NCBI GenBank assembly: GCA_020891255.1
Contig: BQFW01000004.1
Coordinates: 1,054,001 to 1,118,000 of the forward strand
Direction of reading: 5' to 3'
Source of the DNA: Entomortierella parvispora E1425
Taxonomy: Eukaryota > Fungi > Mortierellomycota
Length of the DNA stretch: 64,000 nt
A program made the position numbers and the translations under genes. Position 1 is the first letter of the stretch, and every line of letters starts with the position of its first letter. Below, in pieces: positions 32,739 through 45,149 of this stretch. A model generated the notes under the pieces. That model had not been told where the DNA came from and did not search any database. It saw only the letters and a list, made by a program, of their open reading frames with translations.

Positions 32739-34020
32739 TCACAACCGCCAATGCTCAGTGTTCGCCTTGTCAAAGTTATGGTTAAGAGACTTGATCTTCA
32801 TTTCTGGGCCCAACTTCCCAAGCTCAATCTGTGGCTGTAAAAGAGATTGGGCCGATCCCAGCTTAAGAACCCGAAGATGCTTTGGTCCAGCCAATCGTAC
32901 AAATACTGGTCTTTTCTTATCTCGGGACTCTAATCCGATACCAAAGTGCAGCTGTAACTGCGATGATTGACAAGCCCAGGGCCGATATTCTACCTCCAAG
33001 TCAAAACTGGATATCAAAGAAGCAGCAAGCTCTTTCACATTTGGCTACGAAGTGAGCATCTCCAGCGCCATCGTTCCATCCACACCAGTACATCCTCGCA
33101 GACGCAGGACCTGAAGTGTACTCAGGAAATTTGGGATCCTGGACTGAAAGGAGAGCCATGATGCCTTTCCAAAATCGCCAGGTTCTAGAGATAGCTCTGA
33201 AAGGCTGTCTTGGTGTCTCAGAGGCAAAAACGCCACCAGGTCTTGCTTCAGGTAGAGATTGCCGTTCATCCTTAGGGCTAAGAGTTTAGCACAGCCCTCA
33301 CTGCTGCTTTGAAACTGATCGAGACACAGCATGGGCATGTACCTAACAGCGTTGCTTGGATGTCGCCAATTGAGTTTTTGTAGTGCCGGGCAATGAGCTG
33401 CTAACTCTATCTGGTCTGCAATCCCCGTGCCACTCCTTGCATCCAAGCTAAGAGTCGTAACGGATAAATAAAGAGATCCCAAATCTGACCATATTAGAGT
33501 CGAACGGCGTGCTCCGTTGAAAGTAAACTCCTTCGGCGACGTCGAGTTTATATAATCTGGACCACACCTTCCAGATCGATGGCCGGCAGCGTGTACTGAC
33601 AGAGATTGGGATCGAGTACAAGACGAAACCATGCAGTTCCAGACCTCATCCCCGGCTTGTCCAGATATGTTGCCGATAAACAACTTCCTCGACATTGGAC
33701 CATTCCTCCATAGAAACGAGATCTGTGCCCCATACATTTTGATCAACCGTACAAGGAACGAATCAACGAGATTGGGACATGTCAAGTCTGTGAGCCAAGA
33801 GCTCTAGTAAGGTCTTAGATCCAGTTTACGAACAAAGGATGCCTTCCCCTTGACGTCGGAAACGTTGGGTCGCAGTGTGATGGGCAAAATGACGGAAGCT
33901 CAGACTCAGGCTGAAGGATCCATGCCAGTCTCGGCAAACACCTGCACAAGTGGCAAGAGATTAAATCGACTAGTACTATGAACTGAGAGGGTGCAAGGGA
34001 AGTCGATGGAGGTCAGTCAT
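32739..34020 (-). pseudogene. F-box/LRR (RNI-like) pseudogene
   Basis: F-box-like SLATCAGVCRDWHGSF at ~33900-33960 is frameshifted from the upstream ATG (34020). LRR-like body (AAHCPALQKLNW, LQVLRLRGCTGV) has an in-frame TAG at 33045-33047 in LTS*PNVKEL, where SCPN is expected. The same frame continues RPWACQ...VFVRLAGPKHLRVL. Confidence 0.8.
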
Positions 34021-34470
34021 TGCTGATGGCAAGCGGGATGTATGAATGAAAGCGCACCCCAGTGAGCAAGATCCCAGAGGGCGACATGTGCCACCAAACA
34101 CAAAACAAGCAAAATGGCTAGTGGCACCAGTGCTTTTTCAGACTATTGAATATATGGTTGCAAGATATTGGCCATGATCTAGTTCTGGAAGTCTTCATGA
34201 TCCCTGCAAAGTTGCAAGCCAAGGAGACTACAATAATAATCTCTCAGTCAGAGGGATCAAGTTTTGCAACTGCAGGGTTGCTCGCCGTTAAGGATCGAAT
34301 GGCGGTAACGGTCCGCGCGCAGAAGGAGGTCATCGGGTGGCTACTCTGCAGATATAACACTCGTTCGTTCTTTGCCTCGTCTTTTTTGATATGCAACGGA
34401 TCCTTCTTTACTCATCACCACCCTCATACATCACCTGTTGTCCGGTTGCAAAACTACCGACGTCTTCAAT

Positions 34471-37193
34471 ATGGAGCCTAGCAATATCAACATAACCATT
34501 ACCCCATCCAGCTGTCCATCTACTATGGATACATTCAACGCTAGCCCTGAGAGGGACAGCGAGTCTAGTCCAATGCGCCAGTATTCAATACCCTCCGTAC
34601 ATAGTCATGGATCTCACCATAATCATGAGCAAAGGACATCGGTAGGGTCCTCCTCTCGCCCTTCTCCTGAAGGCGCGCACCACTACGTGTCCAGAAGAGA
34701 GAGTGGGAGACATGTTCAGGGTCTGCCACCATCTGTTCTGGCCACAGTTGAGGCAGTCTTGGGCGGGTTATACGATGTCGACCTCAATGGCAACGGAGAT
34801 GTCGTCAGTCGCGGAGAGGATGCAGACAGCGAACACTCTGACAGTCCGCAGTCGATACAGCAACAGCGCCGTATACATTACACAGACTCTCCTCTCCCTT
34901 CTTTGCCCACAGAGCCCAGGAACCAGACTCAGAACCCTGACTATAGCCCAAAGAAAAACAAGAGAACCCGTGTAGCTCCAGATACGGCCAAACACGAAGC
35001 GGACGATGGAAGCAGCCTAGACAGTCGCGGTAGTCGAGGGTCAAATGGGGGACATTTTTACACCTACGAGAACCCGCCTCTCGTTCCTCAATCCTATCAA
35101 CGGGAGTTTTATGAGAGACAGCTAAACCCAAGTGTGGGTGGCGCACGACAGCAACGCCATTACCAACAGCAGCCTCTCGGGGAAGATGAACAACTGGAGA
35201 TCTATCGCACAACGTCGTTTCGCAGCGAGCAGTCATTCGATCGTCGTGATACCAAGGGCGACCCAGTAGGTGGACTTAACAGCTTTAACCAGGCTTTCTT
35301 TAAGGAAGACCCTGAGTTGGAGAAGATCATTGTTCGTAAATTGGATCGCAATCTTCTTCCTCTTCTGGGGATCCTATATCTATTCAGCTACCTGGACAGA
35401 GTTAACATTGGAAATGCAAGACTCTTCGGACTTGAAGATGCTATCCATCTCACGAGCGGGCAGTATAATATGTACGACGCCTTCTGTGTGACAAGGCAAC
35501 GGTTTATCTTAGCCTGTATTAACTATGTTCTATCCTTGACAGCGCACTGGCATCATTCTTTTTAGCGTATTGTACCTTTGAGGTACCGTCCAACTGGATC
35601 TTGGTACGCCTGGGCCCTCGAACATGGACTCCTATTCTCATGCTCACCTGGTGAGTCTACGAATTGCAGGTGGACCTTTCATATTGTTGCTGCCGGAGAC
35701 AGCCTTTATTAACGCATCTTGTATTTCAGGGGCGGCATCAGTCTCGCTATGGCATGGGTGACCTCTTTCACAGGCTTGATCATCGCTCGCTTCGCCTTAG
35801 GAATGGCTGAAGGTATTGACCTGCGTCAACCCGACTGAGATCAACGAGAAGATAAAAGCTTTGTGCTGACAGATCTCGTTTTTTTTTATAAAAAAAAATA
35901 GCGGGCTTTGTTCCTGGAGTTCTCTTTTACCTGACGTTATTCTACAAACGATCAGAGCATTCTTTCCGGATGGCCATTTTCCTCTGCTTCAATATCCTAG
36001 CTGGTGCTTTTGGTGGCCTTCTTGCAGCCGGAATCTCGAACCTCAATGGAGTATTTCACCTTCAGGGATGGCAGTGGATCTTTATGCTGGAAGCAATTCC
36101 TACCATGTTACTGGCGGTTGTCACTTGGTTTGTCATGACTCCGTCTCCAGCTGCAGCGTACTTTTTGACCGGCGAGGAGCGAATATATGCAGCGAATCGG
36201 ATCCTAATGGATTGCAATGTTTCTCCTTCCAAGTCAGCATCCTGGAAGCAGACGCGTGAGGCTTTGACAGACTATCGAATCTACTTGGTTTGCTTGGCTT
36301 CCATATTTTTGCATACTCCCCACTCAGGAGTTGTCCTATTTTTGCCCTCGTTGGTCGCCGACATGGGCTTTAAGGCGTAAGAAATGCACCTGTAGGAGAG
36401 AGTAAAAATCCGAAAGATTGCGGTTCTAACCTCGAAACATATTATTTAGAACCACGGCTCAGCTTCTCACAGTTCCACCTTACGCAATCGCAGCTTGTGT
36501 CTCTCTGATTTTCCCCTGGTGGTCAGACCGTCGCCATGTGCGAGGGTTGTTTGTCATCTTTGTCCCTATTACAGCAGGGGTGGGCTTTCTCCTCCTGGCT
36601 TTTGCACCCTGGGTTTGGTGTAAGAAAACTGCTGTTCTATTTTGGGATATAATCAACTGGGAGCTCTTTCCTTCACCTTTTGCTAAACCATGGTTCAACT
36701 ATTTTACTAGTGCGTTACTTGTCTGTTATCTTGGTTCTTTGTGGCATGGTCCCGACTTCGTCTATTCTGACCTCATGGCTCACAAACAACTGTGTGGGAC
36801 ACACCAAGAGGGCTACTGCCTTGGCAATGCTTGTTTCTTCCGGTGGTCTTGCCAGTATGGCTGGAACGCAGGTTTATCGAACTTCAGACGCGCCTCGTTA
36901 TCGTAAGCTTAAAAATTATCATATTCTATGTCGTTCCATAAACTGACTATATTAACTACGCCGTCCTTTTTTTTTTTTCCGTCCTTATTTTTTTAGAGCG
37001 CGGCCATCTTATCATGGCAACTTCTATAGGACTGTTGATCCTCACCGCTATTGGATTGCGAACTCTCCTCGCACGAGAGAATAAAAGAAGGGATGACGGT
37101 CCAACCAAAGGACTGACATTGACCCAGTTCATGTCTGAGGGATACCTCAGCTCTCTGGGAGAGAAGCATCCAAATTTCCGGTACACTCTTTGA
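34471..37193 (+). CDS. MFS transporter, anion:cation symporter (Dal5/Tna1-like) family, with long disordered N-terminus
   Basis: IVRKLDRNLLPLLGILYLFSYLDRVNIGNAR, FEVPSNW, LAGAFGGLLAAGI...GWQWIFMLEAIPT, TVPPY, NNCVGHTKRATALA, DAPRY, HPNFRYTL*. Multiple GT-AG introns. Confidence 0.93.
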
Positions 37194-37375
37194 TTGGATT
37201 AAGGTATTTGAGATTATTTTCAAGAATAAAAAAAAGTGACCGTCCTTTACGCGACAAACACAAGCCACGCATCCATGCGAACCCCTTTTTCTTTCTCTTT
37301 TTTTTGGTAGTAGTTTGATGCATGCATGAAAGTTAAAAGTCATTCGTCCCTTCCCCCTTTCATTACACTTTTACA

Positions 37376-39730
37376 ATGGTCAGCGTCGCACCTGCTGGTT
37401 CATGGGAGAGCCTTGAGCCAAAGCTGTCACCCGCAGTTCTGGATGCTGTCAGCACCATGGGTTTCTCAGACATGACCCCTGTCCAGGCTGGTGCCATTCC
37501 TCTGTTTATGAAGAACAAGGACGTCGTGGTCGAGGCTGTAACGGGCTCGGGCAAGACTCTTTCATTTTTGATCCCCATCCTCGAAAAGATTCACCGCAGA
37601 TCCAGAAAGTTGGCTCCTACTGAAGTTGGCGCCATCATCATCTCGCCCACTCGTGAACTAGCAACTCAAATCACCAAGGTCTTGGCCGATTTTGAACCCT
37701 TCTTCCCCAACATCCAACATCAACTTTTGATCGGAGGCGAAACTAGTTTGGAGGAGGATATTGCGACTTTCCAGCAAGTCCATCCTGATATCTTGATTGG
37801 AACTCCAGGAAGACTGGAAGATATTCTGTCACAGAAACGTGGTGGTGTCAATGTCAAGGAGCTGGAAGTTTTAGTTCTAGATGAAGCTGATCGGTTACTG
37901 GATATGGGATTCTCGGTCAGTTTGAACAAGATCATGTCGCTGCTCCCTAAACAACGTCGAACTGGATTGTTTTCTGCTACCATGACTGATGGTTTGACAG
38001 AGCTCGTCCGTGCCGGTCTTCGTAATCCTGTTCGTGTGGTCGTCAAGGTCGAGGACCTTGTTGGCGGTGGTGGACAAAGAACGCCTGCGTCGTAAGTCAT
38101 AGTCAGGTCGTCTAAAACGATGTGGGCTCTTACTTGCGTGCAATGGTTTCTGACCACTTCATTTCTGTTATTGTTATTATAGTCTTCATATTGGATACAT
38201 TCTTTGCTCAACCTCCCAAAAGCTGCTCCTTCTTTCCCACCTTCTCCGTCAGGAATCGGCCAACAAGAAGACGATCGTTTACTTTGCCACTTGTGCCAGT
38301 GTCGACTATTTCTACAAACTCCTTTCACGTCTGCCAGCACTCTCGGACTTTGCGATTCACTCTTTGCATGGAAAGATGGAGACCAAGAAGCGTTCGTTAA
38401 CGTTCAAATCTTTCACGAATATCCCAGCAGGATCGCCTGGAGTCTTGCTCTGTACAGATGTGGCCTCCCGTGGTCTGGATATTCCCGACGTGGACTTTGT
38501 TGTCCAGGTGGACCCTCCTCAGGATCCCAAGGCCTTTACGCATCGTTGTGGACGTGCTGGTCGCGCCGGTCGCGAGGGCAAGGCCGTGGTCTTCTTGGTC
38601 AAGGGCAAGGAGGATACTTATGTTGACTTTTTGAAGGTGCGGAAGGTCCCAATTCACAGGTGGGGCTGGTCAGGTGGTCCCACCATCACAGAGAATGTCG
38701 ATGACGACGAAGAGGACGCGACCATGGCCGATTCGACTGAAGAGCAGGACGAGGCACTCTTGGGCAAGATTGTGAAAGAGGAGCCTGAGGATGATGCCGA
38801 GAACGCGGCCTTCTTGAAGGAACTTCAAAAGATTGTCAGGACCGATCGTGATCTCCATGACAAGGGTACGATGGCATATGTTTCCTTCATCCGGAGCTAT
38901 TCGAAGCATGAGGCGAGCTTTATCTTCCGTTCCAGAGATCTGGACTTGGGAGCGTTGGCCCGTGGTTATGCTCTTTTGAGGCTGCCAAAAATGCCCGAGC
39001 TGAAGAATGAGAAAGCAGAAGGATCCATCAAGGGTTTTGTTCCAGCTGATATTGATGTAAGTGGGTCGAATTCTTTTTTCTTTTATTTTTGCGTTTGAAT
39101 ATGGGGCATGTGTGTTTCTGTTGTTGGGCTGTCGAGTGAGTAAGAACTGGGACAAAAATACCTAATATGTTTTAAGAATGTCCCCACTTTTTTTCTTCTT
39201 TTTGTTGTTGGCTCCTGATCAATTTGAAAAAACAGATGGACAAGTACAAATACCAAGACAAGCAGAAAGAGGCTGTCCGTGTCAAGAAGTTGGAGGCCTA
39301 CAAGCTCAAGCAGGCTGAGAAGGAGAAGGAGATTGCGTTGAATGGTGCACAGAACAGCAAAAAGCGGAAACCCATCAACAAGGCCTCGTCATGGTCTGAG
39401 AAGCAAGAGGCGAAGGAGCGAAAGCTGGACAGACAGCTGAAGAAGCAGCGCAAGAGAGACTACCTGAAGCGCAAGGCCGCCGGCGAGATTGTGGAAGAAG
39501 AAGAACACGAGGGCGATGACGATGAGGATGATGATGGTGAAGAGGGAGAAAGCAAGAAAACGAAAGAGAGCAAAAAGGCAGAAGGAGAAGAGGCAGAGGT
39601 GAATGAGGACGATGGGGACGACTGGGATGAGTTGGCACAGGAGGAGCGCCTTGCCAAGAAGATGAAAAAGGGCAAGATGAGCAAACGCGACTTTGAGAAA
39701 CAGGTCGGGAACATGTTTGCCGATTTGTAA
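37376..39730 (+). CDS. SPB4: ATP-dependent rRNA helicase Spb4/DDX55
   Basis: Q motif [47 protein letters not shown]-terminal [18 protein letters not shown] and K/E-rich tail. Introns near 38092-38182 and 39057-39236. Confidence 0.93.
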
Positions 39731-40298
39731 CAAACCTACAGAACATGATAGAATAAATGCCACTTTTTGCATCCAGATGATGGGTCAAGAGGAACGGCGG
39801 AGCAGTAACTTTGCTGTGGATGTGGAGGGAGGATGCAACAAGGACGGCAACACCCGGTGAAGAAGGTCAGTGGCCTGAAAAGGAAAGAGCGCTAATCCTG
39901 ATTTGAGTTTCAGGGCACAGTCCGCTCGTCATTTTTTTTTTTTTTGGATTCCTCGGTTTCGGCCCTCGGCTGTAGCTGCAATAGGCAGTCTGTCTGTCTG
40001 GACTCCCTGGAGAGAGAGGAAGGGAGGGGGCATGCACCTTCCCCAAGATACACTCTCTACGTCTGCCGTGTCCGATCTCAGATGCAGTGTCTCACTCTAG
40101 TCATGCCCGCACGGCTTCCGTTCGTTGTTCCTCCTTCTCTTACCTTCCCTTACCTTCCGCGGCATTCTCCACCTCCCGACCATGCGCCCAATATAAATAC
40201 CAACAAGTGATCCACTTTTTGTTCCCACTCATTCTCACAACCAAACACTACAAACAACTTCCTTCAGCCCCACCAATCAACCAACAATCAAACGGACA

Positions 40299-40925
40299 AT
40301 GACTGCCTCTACATCCACAACCACAAACAGCAGCCCTTGCGAGATCTCGATTCTCCCCACCCACCCCCAAGACCCTGTTCTCCACAGCTATCAATCAAAC
40401 CAGAGTGAACAACGAGGGCGCTCTCACGAACAGACACCCCTGGCCCAAGTCCCTGAGGTTCACGTCGAAGACCCAGCTTCCGCCGCCGATACCCAGAACG
40501 TCTCCTCTCCTCGTCGTGGCACCTTCATGGCCTTTGCTGACCGACTCCGATCCCGCTCTCGATCCCACTCCCGCCGCCAGTCGCTCGATGTCGCCAACGA
40601 CAACAGACTCCCATTGGAATTGACCAACACTACCTCCAGCAATATGTCCAGCAGTAGTGGCAAGAGCAAAAGCAGTCGATCGCGCTCCCAGTCGCGCTCT
40701 CGAGGCACTGAGGGCTCTGGACCTTACGACGACGTGATCCGAGCTCAGGATGCCTTCATGGAGAGATTGAGAGAGGAAGAGGAGCGTACACATGCTACCC
40801 ACAATGTCGATGGTATTCCTTTGAAGCATGCCAGCAGAAGCAGAACCTCTTCACCTTCCAGAGGATCCAGACGGTCAAGTATCTCTCAAGCCCTTGGATT
40901 GGAGAAGCCCCTACTCTCTTTCTAA
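40299..40925 (+). CDS. Small disordered RS-rich protein, paralog B of the same unrecognised family
   Basis: 208-aa intronless ORF with TATAAATA at ~40191. Shares AFADRLRS.SRSHSR, Y..VI.AQ..FME.LR, N.DG.P and RRSS..Q.LGL.K.LL with 31659-32180. Confidence 0.82.
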   Translation: MTASTSTTTNSSPCEISILPTHPQDPVLHSYQSNQSEQRGRSHEQTPLAQVPEVHVEDPASAADTQNVSSPRRGTFMAFADRLRSRSRSHSRRQSLDVANDNRLPLELTNTTSSNMSSSSGKSKSSRSRSQSRSRGTEGSGPYDDVIRAQDAFMERLREEEERTHATHNVDGIPLKHASRSRTSSPSRGSRRSSISQALGLEKPLLSF

Positions 40926-41321
40926 AAAAACCACTTCCGACTGCAACCAATCCAACAAGACTAATCGACTAATCTCAAAAGCCAAGCAAGAAACATCACC
41001 CCCCACTCTTCGGCAATACCATATCATCCATAGCATCCATTAGTTATCACAATAATATATATCTCATATAACCTAAGTGAGAAAAACAAAACGACGTCAA
41101 CGAAACGAGTGAACAAACGAACTGAAGCAACATCCCTAGCATTCAATAGCGCATTTATAATGTGTGAGTGTTTTTTTTAATGTAGGGTTTTGGTTCTTGA
41201 AAAAGTTCTAACAATGCTGGTGGATGAAAAAAAAATGAAAGGATAAGGGATATGGACTGCGACAAAGAGACAGCTACAAGGTCACTCCTCGTTTTAAGCC
41301 AAGGAGACTACAGACTTTGAC

Positions 41322-43339
41322 TTAGCGAGAAAACTGGCGTCCACCGTCACCGTTGGGGCGACGACCACTGCTTGGGTGGTTGTGTGTCTTGTTCTCACCA
41401 ACGACATAGGCCTTCTTGTTAGCAGTGTTGCCCTTGACAGAACCCACAGAGATGTTGACCTTGGGTGGGACCGAGAAGCCAAAGGCCTTGGCAACCTTGA
41501 CCAGATCCAGACGGTTCACATCAAACGTACCCTTCTGGGCGTACGAAGCGTAGCTCTGCAAGTAACTCCTGTATCCATCGCGTGCAGACTTGTTCAGGTA
41601 ATAGTTCTTCTCTACCAACTTCTCGAGCTGGCTTTGCACATTCGAGATCTTGGAGGTAGGGAACTGGTACTCGTTCAGGGGAACCTTAGCGTGCTTCAAG
41701 AAACGCAAAAAACCCAATTCGGAAGGCAACAAGAACAACAGCGACTTTCCAGAGGTACCGGCACGAGCTGTACGACCGACACGATGAATGTAGTCGCGAG
41801 GATCATCTGGGGGGTCGAACTGAATAATCCAATCAACAGCAGGGATATCCAAGCCACGAGCGGCGACATCTGTGCACAGCAGGATGCCGGTCTCTGCGTT
41901 GATAAACTCGAAGAAGGTCGTTGTCCGCTTCTGCTGCTTTTGACGACCGTGGAGGTCCAAAACTGGGATATCGATATAGTTGAGCAACTCAGCGTGGTAC
42001 TTCACAGAGTTACAGCTGGAGAAGAACACAATGACCTTCTTCTTCAAGTTCTTCTTCAAGAATGTGAACAGCAACAAGAAGCGCTTGTCACTGTCGCAAA
42101 TAACATATCCCTGCTCCAAGCCATCGGCGGTCGCAGTGTCCTTCTTCTCGTCCACGTTGATATAGAGGGGTCCAGCCTTAAGCGACATACGGGCCAAATC
42201 CGTGACCTTGGTCGTCTGAGTAGCAGAGAAGAGCATAGACTGACGGTTCTCCTTGGGCAAGAGCTTGATGATTTGCTTCATCTCATCCTCGAATCCGCAC
42301 TCCAGAATACGATCAGCCTCGTCAATAACCAATGCCTTCAAGTTCTTGAAAACAAATCCTTTGGTGTTCTGTTTTGAAGTATCAAAAAGAGATGACACGT
42401 TAGGTGGTGCTAAAGAAAAATGGAAATAGAAGCAAGGACATAACGAAAAACATCCTAAGGTTCATTAATTCATACCTGAAGATGATCGAGAAGACGACCA
42501 GGAGTGGCAACCAGCAAGTTGACACCTTTAGCAAGCTTATCGGCCTCAGCCTTACGGTTAGCACCTCCGATTACGATTCCAAAGGTCTGGTTGTGGTACT
42601 TGAGGAGGTCCTTGGCAACTCCGAAAATTTGAAGAGCCAACTCACGAGTAGGTGAAATAATGACAACTCCAGTACCGTTGCGAGGCTTGAACTTGAGCTT
42701 GTAGAGCAACTCAACAGCGGGGATCAAAAAGGCAATAGTCTTTCCTGATCCAGTCTTGGCAGCTCCGAGAACATCACGACCGGCCAACAGAGGGGGGATG
42801 GTACGTGCCTGAACCTCGGTCATCTTTGCGAATCCAATGTCAACAATAGCCTTCTTAGTGGGTTCGCAGAGGTCCAAAGACTGGAAGTCGTAGTTGATCT
42901 TCTTGCCACCAGCTATAATAAAAGGCAAGGGTATTAGTAATCTGGTTTTGAGTTCCTGGAACAAGTCTTTTCGTTGGGACCTCCTTTCAAGATAGTATTT
43001 CCCTGGAGTGCTAATTCCATAGGTATCTTCTTTGGTAGCATGCACTGCTCACTTACCAGAAGGGGTGGCAGCATCCTGAGCGGAAAAGTCGATAGTAGGA
43101 AGGTCCTGCTCGGCTTTTTCTTCTGAAACTGCCCCAGCATTGTGCTCTTCCTCCTCTTCCTCCTCCTCTTCCTCCACCTCCTCTTCCTCCTCTTCTTCCT
43201 CCTCATCCTCAGACTTTTCCTCAACAATCTTCTCCTTCTTGTTGGTCTTTTCCAAGAGCTTCTCCTCTCTCTTGCGCTTGTTCGAGTCCGCAGCAGCGGC
43301 TACAGGTGCAGCAGCAGCCTTGGCACTGTTCTTTGCCAT
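41322..43339 (-). CDS. HAS1: ATP-dependent RNA helicase Has1/DDX18
   Basis: Acidic N-terminal exon from ATG 43339. [86 protein letters not shown]. Confidence 0.96.
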
Positions 43340-43671
43340 GGTTATAATGTATGCGTATGAGTGAATGCGACAGTTGCCGTTGGTTTCTGTTCGCAGGATT
43401 AGATGGGACAAACAGAAGACAGGGGCGAATGGGAGGGCTGTGGATGGGAGATGGAATGCAAGTTGAAGTGATGTGGGGAGTTTGCGAGAGAAGAAAAAAG
43501 AAAAAATGAGGGCAGTCACGAAATGTAAACAATTCCGATTTGTTCAATTATAGAGGGTTATCGTTTCTGTCAATTAGAGAATTGGTGGCGTGTAACATGA
43601 CAATGCATGCAACAATTGCTCGTTTTCTGTCATTCATTTCTTTTTCCCCTTGCCTGCGCAATCTCTCATCA

Positions 43672-44248
43672 ATGGTCTGCGGAAAGTGTAAGATGATAGC
43701 CTCTTCGTTTTCTTTCAATATGTACTATTATGCACAATCCTAACCTCGTTCAATACCCCCCCCCGTCTTCATCAGGTGAAAAAAAACTCGCCAAAGTCAT
43801 TGTTCCGGACAAGTGGAAGGATGGAGCACGCAATGCCACTGTAGGAACCTCTAAAACAGCCGACCGCAAGATTGGCGAGAACAAACTCTTGAGCAAGAAG
43901 CGAGTGTATGTATTTTGCTTTGATTTCAAATTCCTATCTTTTCATGTTTTCTAACCCGGCAGCTTCCCATGTCTTTTCTTCCATCATATCACAATGATAA
44001 TAGCACTGCGAAGTTCAATCCATATGCAAACTCAAAGTGCAAGACTTGCAAATCGAAAATGCACCAGGAAGGAGCGATGTATTGTCAAGGTAATAACTTG
44101 GAAAATGGAACGATGGTCATCAGCATATATATTTATTCTAACTTCAATAATCCTCTCGGTTCTAGGATGTGCTTACAAAGCAGGGCAGTGCGCAATGTGC
44201 GGAGTCGCCATCATTGACACATCGAAGTACAAGATGTCAGCGAAGTAG
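43672..44248 (+). CDS. CRIPT: Cysteine-rich PDZ-binding protein CRIPT
   Basis: Four exons splice to MVCGKCEKKLAKVIVPDKWKDGARN...IGENKLLSKKRVTAKFNPY..KCKTCKSKMHQEGAMYCQGCAYKAGQCAMCG...DTSKYKMSAK. Confidence 0.92.
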
Positions 44249-44487
44249 AGTGCTCTTGTTTGAATTTTTTCAGGAACCATGTACATTAAATTATCAAAGT
44301 CCAATTTTGGTGTTGTTTCCCGTCTAATGTCTATTTGTTGAGTTTTTTTATTTTCAACCTGTACAAATTGAATTGCATGCAATGAATTATTGATAGTTAT
44401 TGAAAGAGGGAGGAGTGGGTGGGGAAAAAAAATACAAGTTTTCGGATAGGAGGGAAGGGGAGGATGGACCTACGAGAGGATCGGTAT

Positions 44488-45112
44488 TTAATCGACCTCC
44501 TCGATGGTGGGCTCGGAGGCTCCCTCACCGGGGAAACCACCGGGAGCACCGCCAGCGGCACCGGGCATGGGGGGAGCACCACCCTCAGAGCCGTAGATCT
44601 TCATCATGATGGGGTTGGAGATACCCTCAAGGTGCTTCTGCTTGGCATCGAACTCCTCCTTCTCGGCCTCCTGGTTGCCATCCAACCAGGAGATGACCTC
44701 CTCGCAGGCATCCTCGAGAGTCTTCTTGTCAGCAGCATCGAGCTTGCCGCCAACCTTCTCATCAGCCAAAGAGTTCTTGATGTTGAAGGCGAAGGACTCG
44801 AGACCGTTCTTGGCCTGGATGCGGGCAGTGGCAGCCTCATCCTCAGCCTTGTACTTCTCGGCCTCGTTGACCATGCGCTCGATGTCCTCCTTGGAGAGAC
44901 GGCCCTTGTCGTTGGTGATGGTGATCTTGTTGGCACGGCCAGTCGACTTCTCGACGGCAGAGACGTTCAAAATACCGTTGGCATCGACATCGAAGACAAC
45001 CTCGATCTGGGGAACACCACGGGGAGCGGGGGGGATACCGGTAAGCTCGAACTTTCCGAGCATGTTGTTGTCCTTGGTGCGAGCACGCTCACCCTCGTAG
45101 ACCTGAATCAAG

Positions 45113-45149
<37 letters not shown>

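Noticed and set aside
41376-42377. 333-aa + strand ORF, and similar ORFs opposite SPB4, LYS2, pirin and MET1
   Set aside because: Antisense shadows of conserved genes produced by codon bias.
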